Positions 34,301-45,814 are shown, counted from the first letter of the stretch. The stretch: DNA of 64,000 nt from Botryllus schlosseri (GCA_051294905.1 CM119371.1:7130001-7194000), one strand, 5' to 3'. A program made the numbers and translations. The notes: generated by a model not told the origin, from the sequence alone.

Positions 34301-37272
34301 TGTTGAGATTCAGAAAGAACGAAGTAGCCATCATGGCGGACATTGAAAAAATGTTTTTTCAATTTTATGTCAATGAAAAGGATCGTGATATGCTGAGATT
34401 TCTGTGGTGGAAAGATGGAGATATTTCAAGGGAACTTTTAGAGTATCGTATGAAGGTATTTCCCTTTGGAAGTGTCTCATCGCCAGGCGCGGCCATGTAT
34501 GGCATGAAGTTGGCCGCTGATGATGGAGAGCAAGAGTTCGGCTCCAAGGCTGCAGAATTTGTTCGATCCAATTTCTACGTGGATGATGGATTAACCTCGG
34601 TAGAAAATGTGGATGAAGCTGTTGAATTGGTGAAAAACAGCGTGGGTATATGTGGAAAGGCTGGATTGAGACTGCATAAATTTGTGTCGAACAAAATGCA
34701 AGTATTGGAATCGATTGATAAATCGGAAAGGGCGAAGGGATTGCAGGACATTGACTTCGATACTATGTCATCGTTGACAGAGAGGTCTTTGGGAATTTTA
34801 TGGAATCCATCATTGGATGTGTTTCGGTTCCACAGGGAATTGGTGGATAAACCAGTAACAAGACGAACAGTATTGAGTGTCGTATCGTCTATCTTTGATC
34901 CGATGGGTTTTCTAGCCCCTGTTCTGCTGGTTGGAAAGGTATTATTGCAAGAATTGTGCAAAATGAAACTTGATTGGGACACTGCGCTACCAGAAAGTTA
35001 TGCTCGTAGATGGGAAGATTGGTTAAATGATTTGAACAATTTGGATAAAATTCAAATCAAAAGATGTGTGAAACCTGATGAATTCGGCACCGTTGAGGAA
35101 GTGGAGCTTCACCATTTTTATGACGCATGTGAGTATGGATACGGGCAATGCTCATATCTCCGCTTGGTTGATGATAAAGGGAAAGTGCATTGCACTCTCA
35201 TTATGTCAAAATCGAGAGTTGCACCCTTGAAGCAAGTGTCAATTCCTAGGATGGAACTGACTGCGGCTGTGGTATCAGCCAAGATGAGCAAATTTCTCAA
35301 CACAGAGTTGCGGTATGAAAATTTGAAGGAGTATTTTTGGACTGACAGCAATGTTGTTTTGGGATATATAAATAACGTAGCGAGGCGATTTCATGTTTTC
35401 GTGGCAAACAGAGTTCAACTGATACATGATTTGACAGACTCTTCTGCATGGATGCATGTGGCAGGACATGATAATCCAAGTGACATTGCAAGCAGAGGTA
35501 CGTCGCTGGAAAAACTTTTATCACTTTCGTTATGGTGGGATGGACCGCAATTCTTGTGGAAAGAGGGAAGATTTGAAATACCAAAGGACGCTCATCCATC
35601 AGGCGAAGCTGTGGATGACTTGGTAGATGTGGAAGTCAGAAAGGCTGTGTCACTCAGTACAACTTCCAATGAAAATTCGGGATCTAAATCTTGGAATACA
35701 AACTTGAAACAGTTTTCGTCGTGGTTCAAGGCAAAACGGGCTGTTGCAAACTGCCTGCAATTCAAAGACAGATTGAAGGGTTTGCCCATAAACAGTTCTC
35801 TCACTATTGAAAGGTTATCAGTGGCAGAAAGGATCATCTTGAAAGACTTACAGAGTGAATTCTTTCCTGATGACATGGAACGTCTTGATCCTGCATCAAA
35901 GTCGAAGAGTTCTTCTGTAAAGAAAGGCAGTCCTTTGTACAAACTAGATCCATTTGTGGACAGAGATGGCTTGATAAGAGTTGGCGGAAGAATCCGTAAT
36001 AGCTCTTTGTCTTCTGAAGTCAAGAATCCAATTTTGCTGCCTCGGAAATCTCACGTAACGGACTTGATTATTCGCCATTTTCATGGAAAGGTCAATCATA
36101 TGGGACGTGGAATCACGCACAATGAGATACGTCAACATGGATATTGGATTATAGGTGGTGTGAGTGCTGTCTCTCAGCACATCCACCAATGCATAACTTG
36201 TCGGAAATTACGGAAACCATTATCGGCACAAAAGATGTGCGAATTACCAGAGTCGAGAATGGCTGAGCAAGGTCCATTCACATTTTGCTCGTGCGATTTC
36301 TTCGGGCCATTTGAAATCAAAGAAAGGCGATCCGTATTGAAAAGGTACGGAGTTATTTTCTCTTGTTTGTCATCCAGAGCTATACACTTGGAGACAACAA
36401 ACTCTATGGACTTGGATTCATTTATTAATGCACTGAGAAGATTTCTTGCAAGGAGAGGACCGATAAAATCACTGTTGAGTGATTGCGGAAGCAACATCAT
36501 TGGGGGAAAGAATGCTTTCCAAAAGGCGATGGGTGAGATGAATCAGAAAAAGGTCAGAGATTATCTATTGTCTGAAAATTGTGATCTGATAGAATTCAAC
36601 TTTCACGTGCCAAAAGCTAGTCATATGAATGGGAATGTCGAACGCCAAATTCTTACGGTGCGTCGTGTTTTGGAACCATTGCTTTGTCAAATAGGTTCAC
36701 ATTTGGATGATGAATCACTCAGAACCTTTTTCGCAGAAGTGGAAAATGTGGTAAATTCAAGACCACTAACTGTTATCAATTTGGGTGATGTCAATGCGCC
36801 AGAACCATTGACACCAAATCATCTGTTAACGATGAAACCAAAAATTTTGTTGTCACCTCCAGGGGAATTTGGCAAGCCAGATCTCTATGCAAGAAGGCGC
36901 TGGAGAAGAACACAATACGCTGTGAATCAATTTTGGTTCAGATGGAGAAGGGAGTTTTTACCTGGCATGCAACAACGCACTAAATGGAGCAAAGTTAGTC
37001 GAAATGTTCGAGTGGGAGATATTGTTATCGTTCATGATGATGACCTTCCGCGAAACTCTTGGAAATTGGGAATCGTACACTCGGTTTCGAATTCGACAGA
37101 TGGGCTGGTGCGAAAGGCCAAGATACGCATCGCCGACCGTACTATTGATCAGTACGGAAGAAGAATCAACGATGTGCAGTTTTTGGAGCGACCTATCCAC
37201 AAATTGGTCGTGCTTCTCGCTGCAGAGGAAGTTACCGAGGATTCCACCGGCGAGGAGCCACTAATGGACTAA
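31366..37272 (+). CDS. BEL/Pao Gag-Pol polyprotein
   Basis: Gag, three Cys/His knuckles (CYFCDELHHIDDC; CFGCGSSQDHMAKFC; CRICKRRH), protease (ALDGQ), RT (MADIEKMFFQ, FYVDDGL), Pao RNase H (HHFYDAC, KSRVAP), integrase (H..H...CITC, DFFGP, SDCGSN, VER), C-terminal FW.RWRREFL / VGDIV. The ORF track starts at a TTG (31345); the first ATG is at 31366. Confidence 0.95.
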   Translation: MTPGRNKKKSGKASGGGRNGANSRNSTLVGEDNVDSDPNRIMAEDYKHGHTVISDRRTRGTSAYIENMKQEFDFHVKEVLRQCKCLNDLLESRDGREYVSKAYLDMRKKFALLQDFWIDLEPRLRPEESEAISCSFKDIQDRVEETGYNAKDYLDEYNGETKAKFSEPTARRNRLVVLEDSNSPDRETALLLEQNQRDYEQKMKDLSAQNQRDIQRLMDRGRKSKPSSVLDNTENVMDRAPNNDGAHGIYHVNANLDQVLKELAVSNAMLARSCGLPEIKVGVFDGNILEYLAWETSFDALIQSKTCNVHELLNYLESHLSGEPKEMIKGLLLLQNRDAYERARKRLKTRYGNDNVIGNAFLNRLSSWPKINVKDGIGLRKFADFLDQIAAAEQKIPALGVLNYAIESNKIIGKLPQFLRGKWRDEVYKWQSKYGEASYPPLKEVAGFVDVCAEKMNIPELDDLDSPNDKGKIDSPEVVSYKDSYKGKFKVTSFSTECQDDTSATRTKCYFCDELHHIDDCEGFGKLSHMEKREFIMKRGLCFGCGSSQDHMAKFCTARITCRICKRRHMTSLHIETDEVDSKCTQVCSKEGQKGGKQNTMIVPVYVSTAANPSKKVKCYCALDGQCNRTFMVDDLKESLGLESVNTKLQMSTLYKSGAVINSSRITGIIVSSIDETSSVTIPQVYTRAEIPVEISQIPKPQVAREWAHLRSIADKIMPYDPSMKVGILIGADVPNALRPREIVAGGDSDPYGQLSMFGWGIVGNVCKDLTGESPSVVSHHTIVRDAQMEEGFETSEVVADGNTAFVYMSKAKEVMCPQNINHLLEMDFIEHRNLEASLSVEEKRFMDILSKGVARREDGHYEFPLPLKYDNVRVPNNRALAAKRAEQVKRRLSKNQNLHEEYKDQMNLTIEKYAEKVPEDILDLKNGRINYIPHSPVFHNKKGSLRIVNDMSAKYGGLCINDVLLSGPNLMDNMTGILLRFRKNEVAIMADIEKMFFQFYVNEKDRDMLRFLWWKDGDISRELLEYRMKVFPFGSVSSPGAAMYGMKLAADDGEQEFGSKAAEFVRSNFYVDDGLTSVENVDEAVELVKNSVGICGKAGLRLHKFVSNKMQVLESIDKSERAKGLQDIDFDTMSSLTERSLGILWNPSLDVFRFHRELVDKPVTRRTVLSVVSSIFDPMGFLAPVLLVGKVLLQELCKMKLDWDTALPESYARRWEDWLNDLNNLDKIQIKRCVKPDEFGTVEEVELHHFYDACEYGYGQCSYLRLVDDKGKVHCTLIMSKSRVAPLKQVSIPRMELTAAVVSAKMSKFLNTELRYENLKEYFWTDSNVVLGYINNVARRFHVFVANRVQLIHDLTDSSAWMHVAGHDNPSDIASRGTSLEKLLSLSLWWDGPQFLWKEGRFEIPKDAHPSGEAVDDLVDVEVRKAVSLSTTSNENSGSKSWNTNLKQFSSWFKAKRAVANCLQFKDRLKGLPINSSLTIERLSVAERIILKDLQSEFFPDDMERLDPASKSKSSSVKKGSPLYKLDPFVDRDGLIRVGGRIRNSSLSSEVKNPILLPRKSHVTDLIIRHFHGKVNHMGRGITHNEIRQHGYWIIGGVSAVSQHIHQCITCRKLRKPLSAQKMCELPESRMAEQGPFTFCSCDFFGPFEIKERRSVLKRYGVIFSCLSSRAIHLETTNSMDLDSFINALRRFLARRGPIKSLLSDCGSNIIGGKNAFQKAMGEMNQKKVRDYLLSENCDLIEFNFHVPKASHMNGNVERQILTVRRVLEPLLCQIGSHLDDESLRTFFAEVENVVNSRPLTVINLGDVNAPEPLTPNHLLTMKPKILLSPPGEFGKPDLYARRRWRRTQYAVNQFWFRWRREFLPGMQQRTKWSKVSRNVRVGDIVIVHDDDLPRNSWKLGIVHSVSNSTDGLVRKAKIRIADRTIDQYGRRINDVQFLERPIHKLVVLLAAEEVTEDSTGEEPLMD

Positions 37273-37330
37273 TGTTTTACTTGATTTGCAAAAAAGTTCT
37301 TTGTCATTTTATAACTTTTTTGGGGGGGTA

Positions 37331-37741
37331 TGTTACTGTAGGCATTTCATGTTAATCTTGGGGGGTTCAATAATTTAGGAGCCATACTTGTATTCGCTAG
37401 ATGGCGTATGCTTGACGATACTTCCTGGTCTGGTCTAAGGGAATATTCTGGATATAGCTGTGATAGGGTACAGTTTGTCAATAGTAATTGGCCCACCGGA
37501 CGTTCCCCCACTGTATTTACCGATCTTGTTGGGACAATATCTTATTCGTGCTACTACTGTGTCGTATTATAATTTGGATATAAGGAAATTCGATCAATTG
37601 GAACTTCAAGCAATATACTTTTCTACCGTACTTCAAGATCGCGTATATTTACATCGGGAAACTTATAGGACTTTGCGGCGCTGTAAGTTCAAGGGAAGAC
37701 AGCTTACACAGAATCACATAGGCAGTTCAGCGACCGCAACA
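37331..37741 (+). repeat. 3' LTR of BEL/Pao element
   Basis: Matches the 5' LTR; followed by TSD TTACC. Confidence 0.95.
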
Positions 37742-38967
37742 TTACCCATTTGCAAACTTTCTTGCCCATTTGCAAACTTTCTTGCCCATTTGCAAAGTAA
37801 ATCCTTGCCCATTTGTAAACTTTCTTGCCCATTTGCAAAGTAAATCCTTGCCCATTTGAAAACTTTCTTGCCCATTTGCAAAGTAAATCCTTGCCCATTT
37901 GCAAATTTTCTTGCCCATTTGGAAAGTAAATCCTTGCCTATTTGAAGAGTAAACGCTTACCCATTTGAAAAGTAAATGCTTGCCCATTTGCAAAGTAAAT
38001 CCTTCGCATTTGAAAAGTTTTCTGCCCATTTGCAACTAAAGAGAAAATAAGTGCGGAAGGGGTGTACTCTGATGAAAGTATGGATTTTCGGGTTCGGGAT
38101 TTGGTCAAATAGACGATGGGTCGCCGTATTTCTGGGGGATGAGTGTCCTTGTCGCCGTATTTCTGGGGATGAGGGTCCTTTTGGGTAGTGTCCAAGTATG
38201 GGGGGGGGGGGGCGCTGACCCCACATTGTCGTGAGTTTTGACCACGATCGGATTTCGCCGAATATGTGGGAGGCGGACTCATCTGGGTCTTGCTCGACTG
38301 GGGGGCTGACCGCACCAACTAATTCTGGATTTGGATTTATCAAAATTGGTGGTGGTGATGGGGGATGCGGGGGTCACATGGCAGCACGATCTAACTGACG
38401 CCAGTTTTGGATGAAGATCTGGATTTTCGAATTTGAATTTCTCCGAATGTGTGGAGGGAGGCCTCATCTGGGTCTTGCTCAACTGGGGGGCTGACGACCC
38501 CACCATGTCGTGAGTTTTGACAGCACCAACTAAATCTGGATTTATCCGAATTAGTGGTGGTGAATCTGGCGATGGGGGTCACATGGTAGCACGAACTAAC
38601 TGACGTCAGTTTTGGATGAAGATCTAGATTTTTTAATTTGGATTTGGATTTCGCCGAATTTGCGGGAGAGGACCCATCTGGCTCTTGCTCAACTGAGGGT
38701 GCTGATGACCCCACCAATCATCATTGGTTTATTAGCAATTTTATCAGTTCAATACACCACAAAAAATGCGATACAATGAAAAGTCGTGATTTTTGACCGT
38801 TCTTGGCCATTTGCAAAGTGAAATCAATCCTTGGCCATTTGCAAACTTCTTGGCCATTTGCAAAGTAAATACTTTCCCATTTGCAAACTTTCTTGCCCAT
38901 TTGTAAAGTAAATCCTTGCCCATTTGCAAACTTTTTTTCCCATTTGTAAAGCGAGAGCACCAACCCT
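37742..38967 (-). repeat. Composite repeat copy B (inverted relative to copy A)
   Basis: Reverse complement of ~26038-27300, beginning at the same AGGGTTGGTGCTC nucleotide. Confidence 0.88.
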
Positions 38968-39531
38968 TCTCGGCCTTTGTTGGATGGGCTGGTAAGGTCA
39001 TGTAGGATCTCCATAATCCACTAACACCGGCTTTCGTAAGCCTATAGCGATCAGAACACAGTTCCTCAGTGATGTATTCCACGGGATTACCAAAATCTGT
39101 AAGGCACTTCCGTACTTGCTGCAGTCTGTTTCCATTCACTTGCATATAATATTCTAACATATCTATGTCAATAGCTATTTTATCTGAAAGGAATGAAACA
39201 CGTACCGTATACCTATCTGCCAATATGGAATCGGTGTCTCGTGCACACCAAAGATTCTACTAACTGTCCTCACGGTGTGATACTGCACACCAAATATATT
39301 ACGCTAAACGTACCGGGATTCCAACCCGGCATCTTAACAGTTCATACCGAGCGAGCGCACGGCGCACAGTTGCGAATGATGCCAGACGTGTCGAGTAAGA
39401 CTCGAAACTGAGCAAAGCCAGAAAATGTCTTTGAATACCAAGGAGCTACTCCAATGGAGTTGAACTCCGCCTTTACTCCGTCGAGTAAGCCTTGAGTTTG
39501 AGTTCGAGGCGTCTCTTTGAATACGGGCCTG
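38968..39531 (-). pseudogene. 5' fragment of a PIF/Harbinger transposon and transposase
   Basis: Minus strand reads VRKCLTDFGNPVEYITEELCSDRYRLTKAGV, then after a frameshift MEILHDLTSPSNKGR, matching the Harbinger/HARBI1 N-terminal NP.E...E...RYR...L.EL...L..PT.R pattern; terminal-like AGGCCCGTATTCA at ~39530. Confidence 0.7.
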
Positions 39532-40849
39532 AATACCAAACAGCTCGAAGTCGAGCTCGACAGACCGCGAAGTCCGACTCCAGCCGTGCTCCTACTCATT
39601 ATTGAGTTGCGCTTTCTGAATACCGATTGTTACGCAATTTTGACGCAAAGTGAGTTTGAGCACTGAGGGCCGAGACCAATTTCTCTACTGAGTAGCGATT
39701 CTCTACTCAGCAGCGAATTTTTTACTCAACTCACGCCAAAAAGTATACTCACACTCAAATACGTTCGAATCGGCACTCAAATCTAAGTCAGCGGACCACC
39801 AGACTTAAGTATCGGGTCGAGCAGCCAACTGTAGGCATTTTAGGCAACAGTCGCTGCGGGGTTCGCCAAATACCGGAATACCGGACACCGGTACGGTACT
39901 CTATTGCTTTCTGCTGAACGGCTGAAATCAGTGTCGCCTGCTGTACCATTTCGGCTTCTTGTACGGTATCTCGATTTACCGGAATGGTAACTTCTGCTGT
40001 ATGAATTCGTTAGCGTCAAGTTCCGTTGAGTGAATGAGTGCGCTTTGATGGATTTTGTTCCATAAAATTTTATTATACATACCGTGCGGCATGTCAACTG
40101 CCATTTGAAATTTATAGATACAGAAATGGCGACAAAGGTTGATCGTCAAGCAAAACCGACAAGTTTTGGGCTGCTGCTAGCGATTGAATTTAACGCTGCC
40201 GGCACTTTACGAATGCTCCTCTCACAATTAAGAAGATGCAGCATTTTGAACCTGAACTGATAGAATTCTTTGTGATATCCGTGTTGGGATGGAGTCACTA
40301 TACCTTCAGGCCTTTCAAAATTCAGACGAGACTCCCCGTCAACAGACCAGCAATAAGCTTTTGGAAACAAAAAATGCTGAATATATCAGAGAGAAAATGT
40401 AGAGTGGATATGGCAAAGTTTAATGGTAGAGGAGCTAAGTGATTCGTGCATGGACGATCTACGATTGGAAAGAAATCCTGAAGAAATGTCAACTTTCAAT
40501 TTATTTACACGATATCGACGCATTTTGTTCTTAGAGGCCTGCACTTACGTTATTGTGGCCTGTTGTGAAACTTTAACTTGATAGATTTCGAATGGGTTTG
40601 TGGTATCTTGCGAATATACTTCTGTGGGGCAATGGAACGTTGTGGGTATCTTCAAGGACTTCTAATATTTCTAATGGGCCATCTTCAAAGGGTATTGATA
40701 AGGTAAATCAGTGAGATCGACGTATACGTAAGTAAGTTTTGTGACGAAATAACGAGGCAAGCGTCTCGTTGTCATGACAAAATCGTTCACGCGTGTCTGG
40801 TTCAAGGCTAAAAAAATCTGGCAACACAACTTCGGAAAATGACGCCTGG

Positions 40850-41002
40850 AAATCGATACTCAACTGAGTTGAGAGAATTGGCGCGCACTCAACGCTGAGT
40901 ATCGATCGATACTTAGTTGAGTGGAGATACGCATTTAAGCATTACTTAGTTGAGGAGAAGAATTGGGCTCCACCCTGAGTGAGGTTTCTTGAATACGGGC
41001 CT
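40850..41002. mobile_element. Harbinger-like terminal sequence
   Basis: Ends TTGAATACGGGCCT like the 39531 terminus; homology to the duplicated Kelch upstream block begins right after it. Confidence 0.45.
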
Positions 41003-42156
41003 TGGTCTTGTTAGGCTAATGTTCATTGTCGAAAACATTGGCTCGCGAGTGAATGTAGACGTGGGCCACATTATCGTATACGACCGGAAGCTAGCTGCGG
41101 GCCGCATGTTGCCCGCCCATGATTTAGAACAACCCACAGTCGCTCAACATAGACTTTGGAACAACCAAGCATGAAACTTAACAACAAACGAATGTCAAAG
41201 GGCACACGGTGAATGCAGATTTTACAGTCAGGGAGAGTGTCACGCGGATGCAGGTAACGTACTCCACTTTTTGCTGGAGGTAATCCCGCTATTTTCAAAG
41301 ATTGTACCCATTTGTAGGGCTAGCTTGTCTTTTATATTTTCTGCTTTACTTTTTTTCCATTCAGTGTAATTGCATGCCTCTTCTCTACATCCACGGATAT
41401 CTAGAACTAGTTCTAAATATCCCTGTCTACATCGTCTAGTCGCAGTCTTGTGGTGTTTTGAAATGAATAAAACATTCATAAACTGAATAACTGTTACTGA
41501 TAGCACGAGGTTTATCGCGTCAGTAACCGCAATGATAAATATTATATCATTGGTGGTAGCGGCTACACTGCAAATGCAAAAACTAATTATCCATTAGATG
41601 ACACTGACAAGCTACATGCTTCGCTGATTTCGTTTCCAAACACGGAGTGAAATCAGCGTGATTTTCGTGTTGCTTCTCTGTTAAAACCAATCTTTGTGAT
41701 ATTCGGTTGGAGGATGAAGCTGATGCGGCCGCTCCTGGAATATACCACAGTATGAAATTAATTGACGATGTTCCAAAATACAATTTAGATTACGGACAAT
41801 CAACTCGATCATTCGCGAGGTGGTGGTATTAGACCGCAATAACTCTTAGGTTTCGTGTCAATAGTCAATACTCAATATTCAATAATACAACGAATAAAAA
41901 GTAAAGCAAATCGATGGATGAAGTTTTAATAACTGCATTATGGCAGGGTTGCGTCTGATTTAGCACTGTTCAGTGTTCACCTTGTGGGTAGTTGAAGGTC
42001 CTTCAATTCATTCTCGTGATGTTGATATACGTAGGCCTATTACGGTTCTTTCAACAGGCATTACTTGAGTCTTGAGTTAACTAATCATCTTTAATTCAAT
42101 AACAGTGCTTGACTATATTATAATAATCGTAGGATAATTATAGTTGATCGACAATC
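41003..42156 (+). repeat. Kelch upstream block duplicated at 52430-53440 and 55850-56273
   Basis: Collinear similarity, e.g. TTGTTAGGCTAATGTTCAT...GACCGGAAGCT and GATGCGGCCGC..CTGGAATATACCACAGTATGAAATTA. Confidence 0.85.
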
Positions 42157-43785
42157 ATGGTGCAGATTGTGTGTAGAAATGTAGAGAAACATTCAGTGAA
42201 GATGATGGACGAAATACATCGAATGAAGCAAGAAAACGATCATTGTGATTTCATAATTCAAGTAGGAGATGATGTCTATTACACTCACAAAAATGTATTG
42301 TCGGCTGGTTGTGCTTATTTCAAAGCGATGTTGAAACACGACACTAAAGAGAGTCGTGAAGGAAAAGTTGTTTTGAAAGAGGTCGATTCTCAGTGTACGA
42401 AAAACTGCATCGATTTCATATATTCCGGCAAATTTGAGATTCCTGATGAAAAGATGAATGATCTTCTACATGTTGCAGTCATGATGCAGTTGGAAGACGT
42501 GAAACATGCAGTATCTGACGTATTGGAGGAATCGGTTGATATAAAGAATTACTTTTCCACAAGAAATCTCGCCGATATTTATGGACTGGATCCCGTATCT
42601 ACGCGATGTAGAGAGTTTTTTTATGAAAATATCATGGAAATATCAAACCAACCTGAATTTGGAAATATTGAAAAATCTAACATCCTCGAATATGTGATGT
42701 CGGAAAAATCAAAGTTATGTGGAGAAGAAAAACTATCTTTATTGTTCAATTGGGTTGAGAAAAATCGCAACAATCAGGAACATTTGCTAGAATTTCTTGA
42801 ACTAATCAAATTTGATAAAGTATCTCCAGCATTTTTAGAATGTCTTTTGGTATCGAACCAAATTATCAGTAACGACTTCGGACTGTACAAGTTGATCTCT
42901 GGACATCTTTTGAAAGCTTCAAAAGCATCGCACAAAACAAACAAAAAAATTGACAACGATGAATTGATAATTCTTTTTGATCCTAAGGCAGATTGTATCC
43001 GATCCTTCAATCCAGTAACTGAGAAAGTAGAGAAGTTTCATGATAAGAAGTTTGAGAATTTAGAACAATTCTCGGCGATTTCTCTAGACTCGTATATCTA
43101 CATTTTAAGTCGTGATAAATCAGTTCATCGACTCGATTTTCAGAGCAAAAATTCAAGATGGGGAAAGATGAAAGATATGATTTGTGACCATGGATCCAAT
43201 CCTCGCTCAGTTTCTTGGTCAGGATCGATATTCGTTGTTGGAGGAAGTGATTCTAAAGCAACAAGTGATGTGGAAATGTTTACTTCCCCCGCGAATCAAT
43301 GGTTTCAACTGAAAGACAAACCTGCAGCAATTCGTTTAACAAGTCTCGTATCATTGAATGATTCCATCTATTGTATTGGAGGTATAGGCCGAAATGGTTT
43401 CCCAGTTTCATCATTCTGCAGATTCACTCCATCCTCATCAGAATGGGTAGATCTCGACCCAATGAGATATCCTGTACGTTGGAGTGGTGTTGTTGCAGTT
43501 GATCAAAAGATTTTTGTGATTGGTGGCTGGAGTGGAGGAAAAAAAGTCGACAACGTAGAATGTTACGATGTTACTTCATCTCAGTGGACTTCATTATCTT
43601 CCATGAATGCTTGTCATTATCGAGTTTCTGCGTATCACATTGACAAGTGGATTTTTGCAGTAACAAATTTCGAAACCTCTAATGCAATTGAAAAGTATGA
43701 TACATCGCAAGACAAATGGACTACGGTGACACCAAAAGTGGATCAATGTTTTAAGATTTACACATCCGTATTTGTGAAGAGATAG
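42157..43785 (+). CDS. Kelch-like BTB-BACK-Kelch protein, copy 2 (542 aa)
   Basis: Close paralog of copies 1 and 4 with the same domain motifs; intronless. Confidence 0.93.
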   Translation: MVQIVCRNVEKHSVKMMDEIHRMKQENDHCDFIIQVGDDVYYTHKNVLSAGCAYFKAMLKHDTKESREGKVVLKEVDSQCTKNCIDFIYSGKFEIPDEKMNDLLHVAVMMQLEDVKHAVSDVLEESVDIKNYFSTRNLADIYGLDPVSTRCREFFYENIMEISNQPEFGNIEKSNILEYVMSEKSKLCGEEKLSLLFNWVEKNRNNQEHLLEFLELIKFDKVSPAFLECLLVSNQIISNDFGLYKLISGHLLKASKASHKTNKKIDNDELIILFDPKADCIRSFNPVTEKVEKFHDKKFENLEQFSAISLDSYIYILSRDKSVHRLDFQSKNSRWGKMKDMICDHGSNPRSVSWSGSIFVVGGSDSKATSDVEMFTSPANQWFQLKDKPAAIRLTSLVSLNDSIYCIGGIGRNGFPVSSFCRFTPSSSEWVDLDPMRYPVRWSGVVAVDQKIFVIGGWSGGKKVDNVECYDVTSSQWTSLSSMNACHYRVSAYHIDKWIFAVTNFETSNAIEKYDTSQDKWTTVTPKVDQCFKIYTSVFVKR

Positions 43786-44037
43786 ATTGAGCAAACTTCT
43801 ACAAATTTCTGGATTTTTCAGATCCGAAGCAACTGCAGTACTTATAATGCGAATTACTGAGTTGGAAATCGAATCTGCGTTTCAAAAGAACACCTTTTAG
43901 AGTTTGAAATGAACGATTTTTGACCCTCAAAACCCATTCCCTGGCTACGCCATTGTTAGTAGTGTTGACTCCAAGCTAGCAATAACTGCAGGAACGTCAC
44001 ACAACAGAACACCAGTATCATTATTCACGCTAAACTA

Positions 44038-44852
44038 CCGTAATTTTCCATGTATAATGCACAAAATTTTCACCATTTTTTGCCCTAAAATAGGGGGTGC
44101 GTATTATACATGGGTACAACAAGCCTTGAAAAAAATATCCCTTGATAAAAAACTTGAAATCACACCTATCTTCATGTTTGTTTCCAATCGCGCATCACTT
44201 TCAGCCATCGCACGTAGTAATTCGTGTTATAGAGTGTAACGCGCTGCCAATTAGTGGGAAGCTTGTTGCCAATTAACGAGAGTGTGCACAAGCACGCGAT
44301 CTCCTGCTGAGTTGGTTTGCTGTTTGTACGCGAGCGAAATTAGGTCACCAATAGACGGTCGCGCGCGACAATTCTCGCCAATTCATCGCGTCAGCGACAG
44401 GCCCGCACAATCGCATATGCAATTTATACATATACAAGACGCCATGTGCGCAAGATATAATCGCTTGCGTAATCAGTCGCATCTTCAACAGACCAGTTGC
44501 TCATGACATAACCGTTAGCCTAGGCGCAATCGCATCTTTAATAGGCATTGTGCGCAAGATGTCGGTTCGTCGGCCTAAACTAGCTCGCCGCCGGCCTCGC
44601 AGGCTTTGGCTGCTATCTACTATCGTTTAGAGACAATTCCGCTAATTGTATAATGATTAGCGATCGTTGTGTAATGATTGTTCAAGAGTGACATCGCAAA
44701 ACAGAATGACATCGTATACGAAATCGGAACTATTCATGTACTGAAATGCAGGGTGCGTACTATACATGGATACAGGCTTTTCCCCAGAATTTACATTCTA
44801 TTTTAGGGGTGCGTATTATACATGGGGGCGTACTATACTTTGAAAATTACGG
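44038..44852. mobile_element. Tc1/mariner-superfamily (pogo/Tc2-like) MITE
   Basis: TIR CCGTAATTTTC / GAAAATTACGG with TA duplication; the paralogous empty site AAACTACTCGCT is present (reverse complement) near 305-316. Confidence 0.88.
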
Positions 44853-45814
44853 TACTCGCTTTCAAAATTTGCAACTGGAACAACTCTTGACCATGAACCA
44901 ATTAGATTTGTAGTTTGTACAGATCTGCAGCTGAGACATGAATGAAAAAAAAGTCGCTCACTATTACAATTTTCAACCCATAAAGCTATATGCGTCATAA
45001 TTGCCTTCAAGATTGTGCATATTTCTGTTTCAAATCGTCAGAACTTGTATGTTCAATTTTTCAAATTGTGTCATGTAGAAACTACTTTCCGGTAGATTCG
45101 TATCATTTGATGAATGAAATAGCAATAGTAAGCAGTAATTTTGTGAAAATATACTTGATGACTTGTACGACTGTGCATAATCCTGCTGACAATCCTAGTT
45201 GATACTGCGTACTGCCCATCATATTTTTACTACCTTACTCAATATAGATACGGTCGATCATTTTGATGACTTGCACAATTGATCACACTAGGGTTATATG
45301 GCCAATATCAGGAGTGGGGGAAACCTGATTACTTTAAGCCGTATAAGTTTTACCCTTCCCATAATTCAGTATGAAATAACCTGCGACACTCAATGACCCC
45401 ATGCATGACAATTTCAAATGAGTGTTTATGATCTCTTCCTTGTCCTTGCCGCATACAATATTTGCCGCATACGTTATTTGTTCTTCAAAAAGTATACTCA
45501 CAACGGTGTGTGCTTCCGAATTGAGTCTAAGTTACAAGTTTTTATGATAATCGTGGATTAACAATGAATGACTAGGCCTACGTAATAAAATCTGATGAAA
45601 TTTTTGTTTATCCTGTTTTTTTTATTGTTTTTGACGAATTTGGGGCGCTCATTGAATAATTGTCATCAGTTTTTCGCTATCCATAATCAAGATACTGTAC
45701 TAAAATTGTACACATACTCAACGTAACCATTTCGATTATGTTTTTATTGGTAGCTCGTTTTGTACCACAGCTGCTGGTACGATTGCCATGCTTGAGCAGC
45801 CTGTGCTGTATATA

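Larger units (their letters stand above)
30729..37741 (+). mobile_element. Full-length BEL/Pao LTR retrotransposon, recent insertion
   Basis: 411-bp LTRs (TGTT...AACA) at 30729-31139 and 37331-37741; 5-bp TSD TTACC; G-run PPT before the 3' LTR; single gag-pol ORF. Confidence 0.96.
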
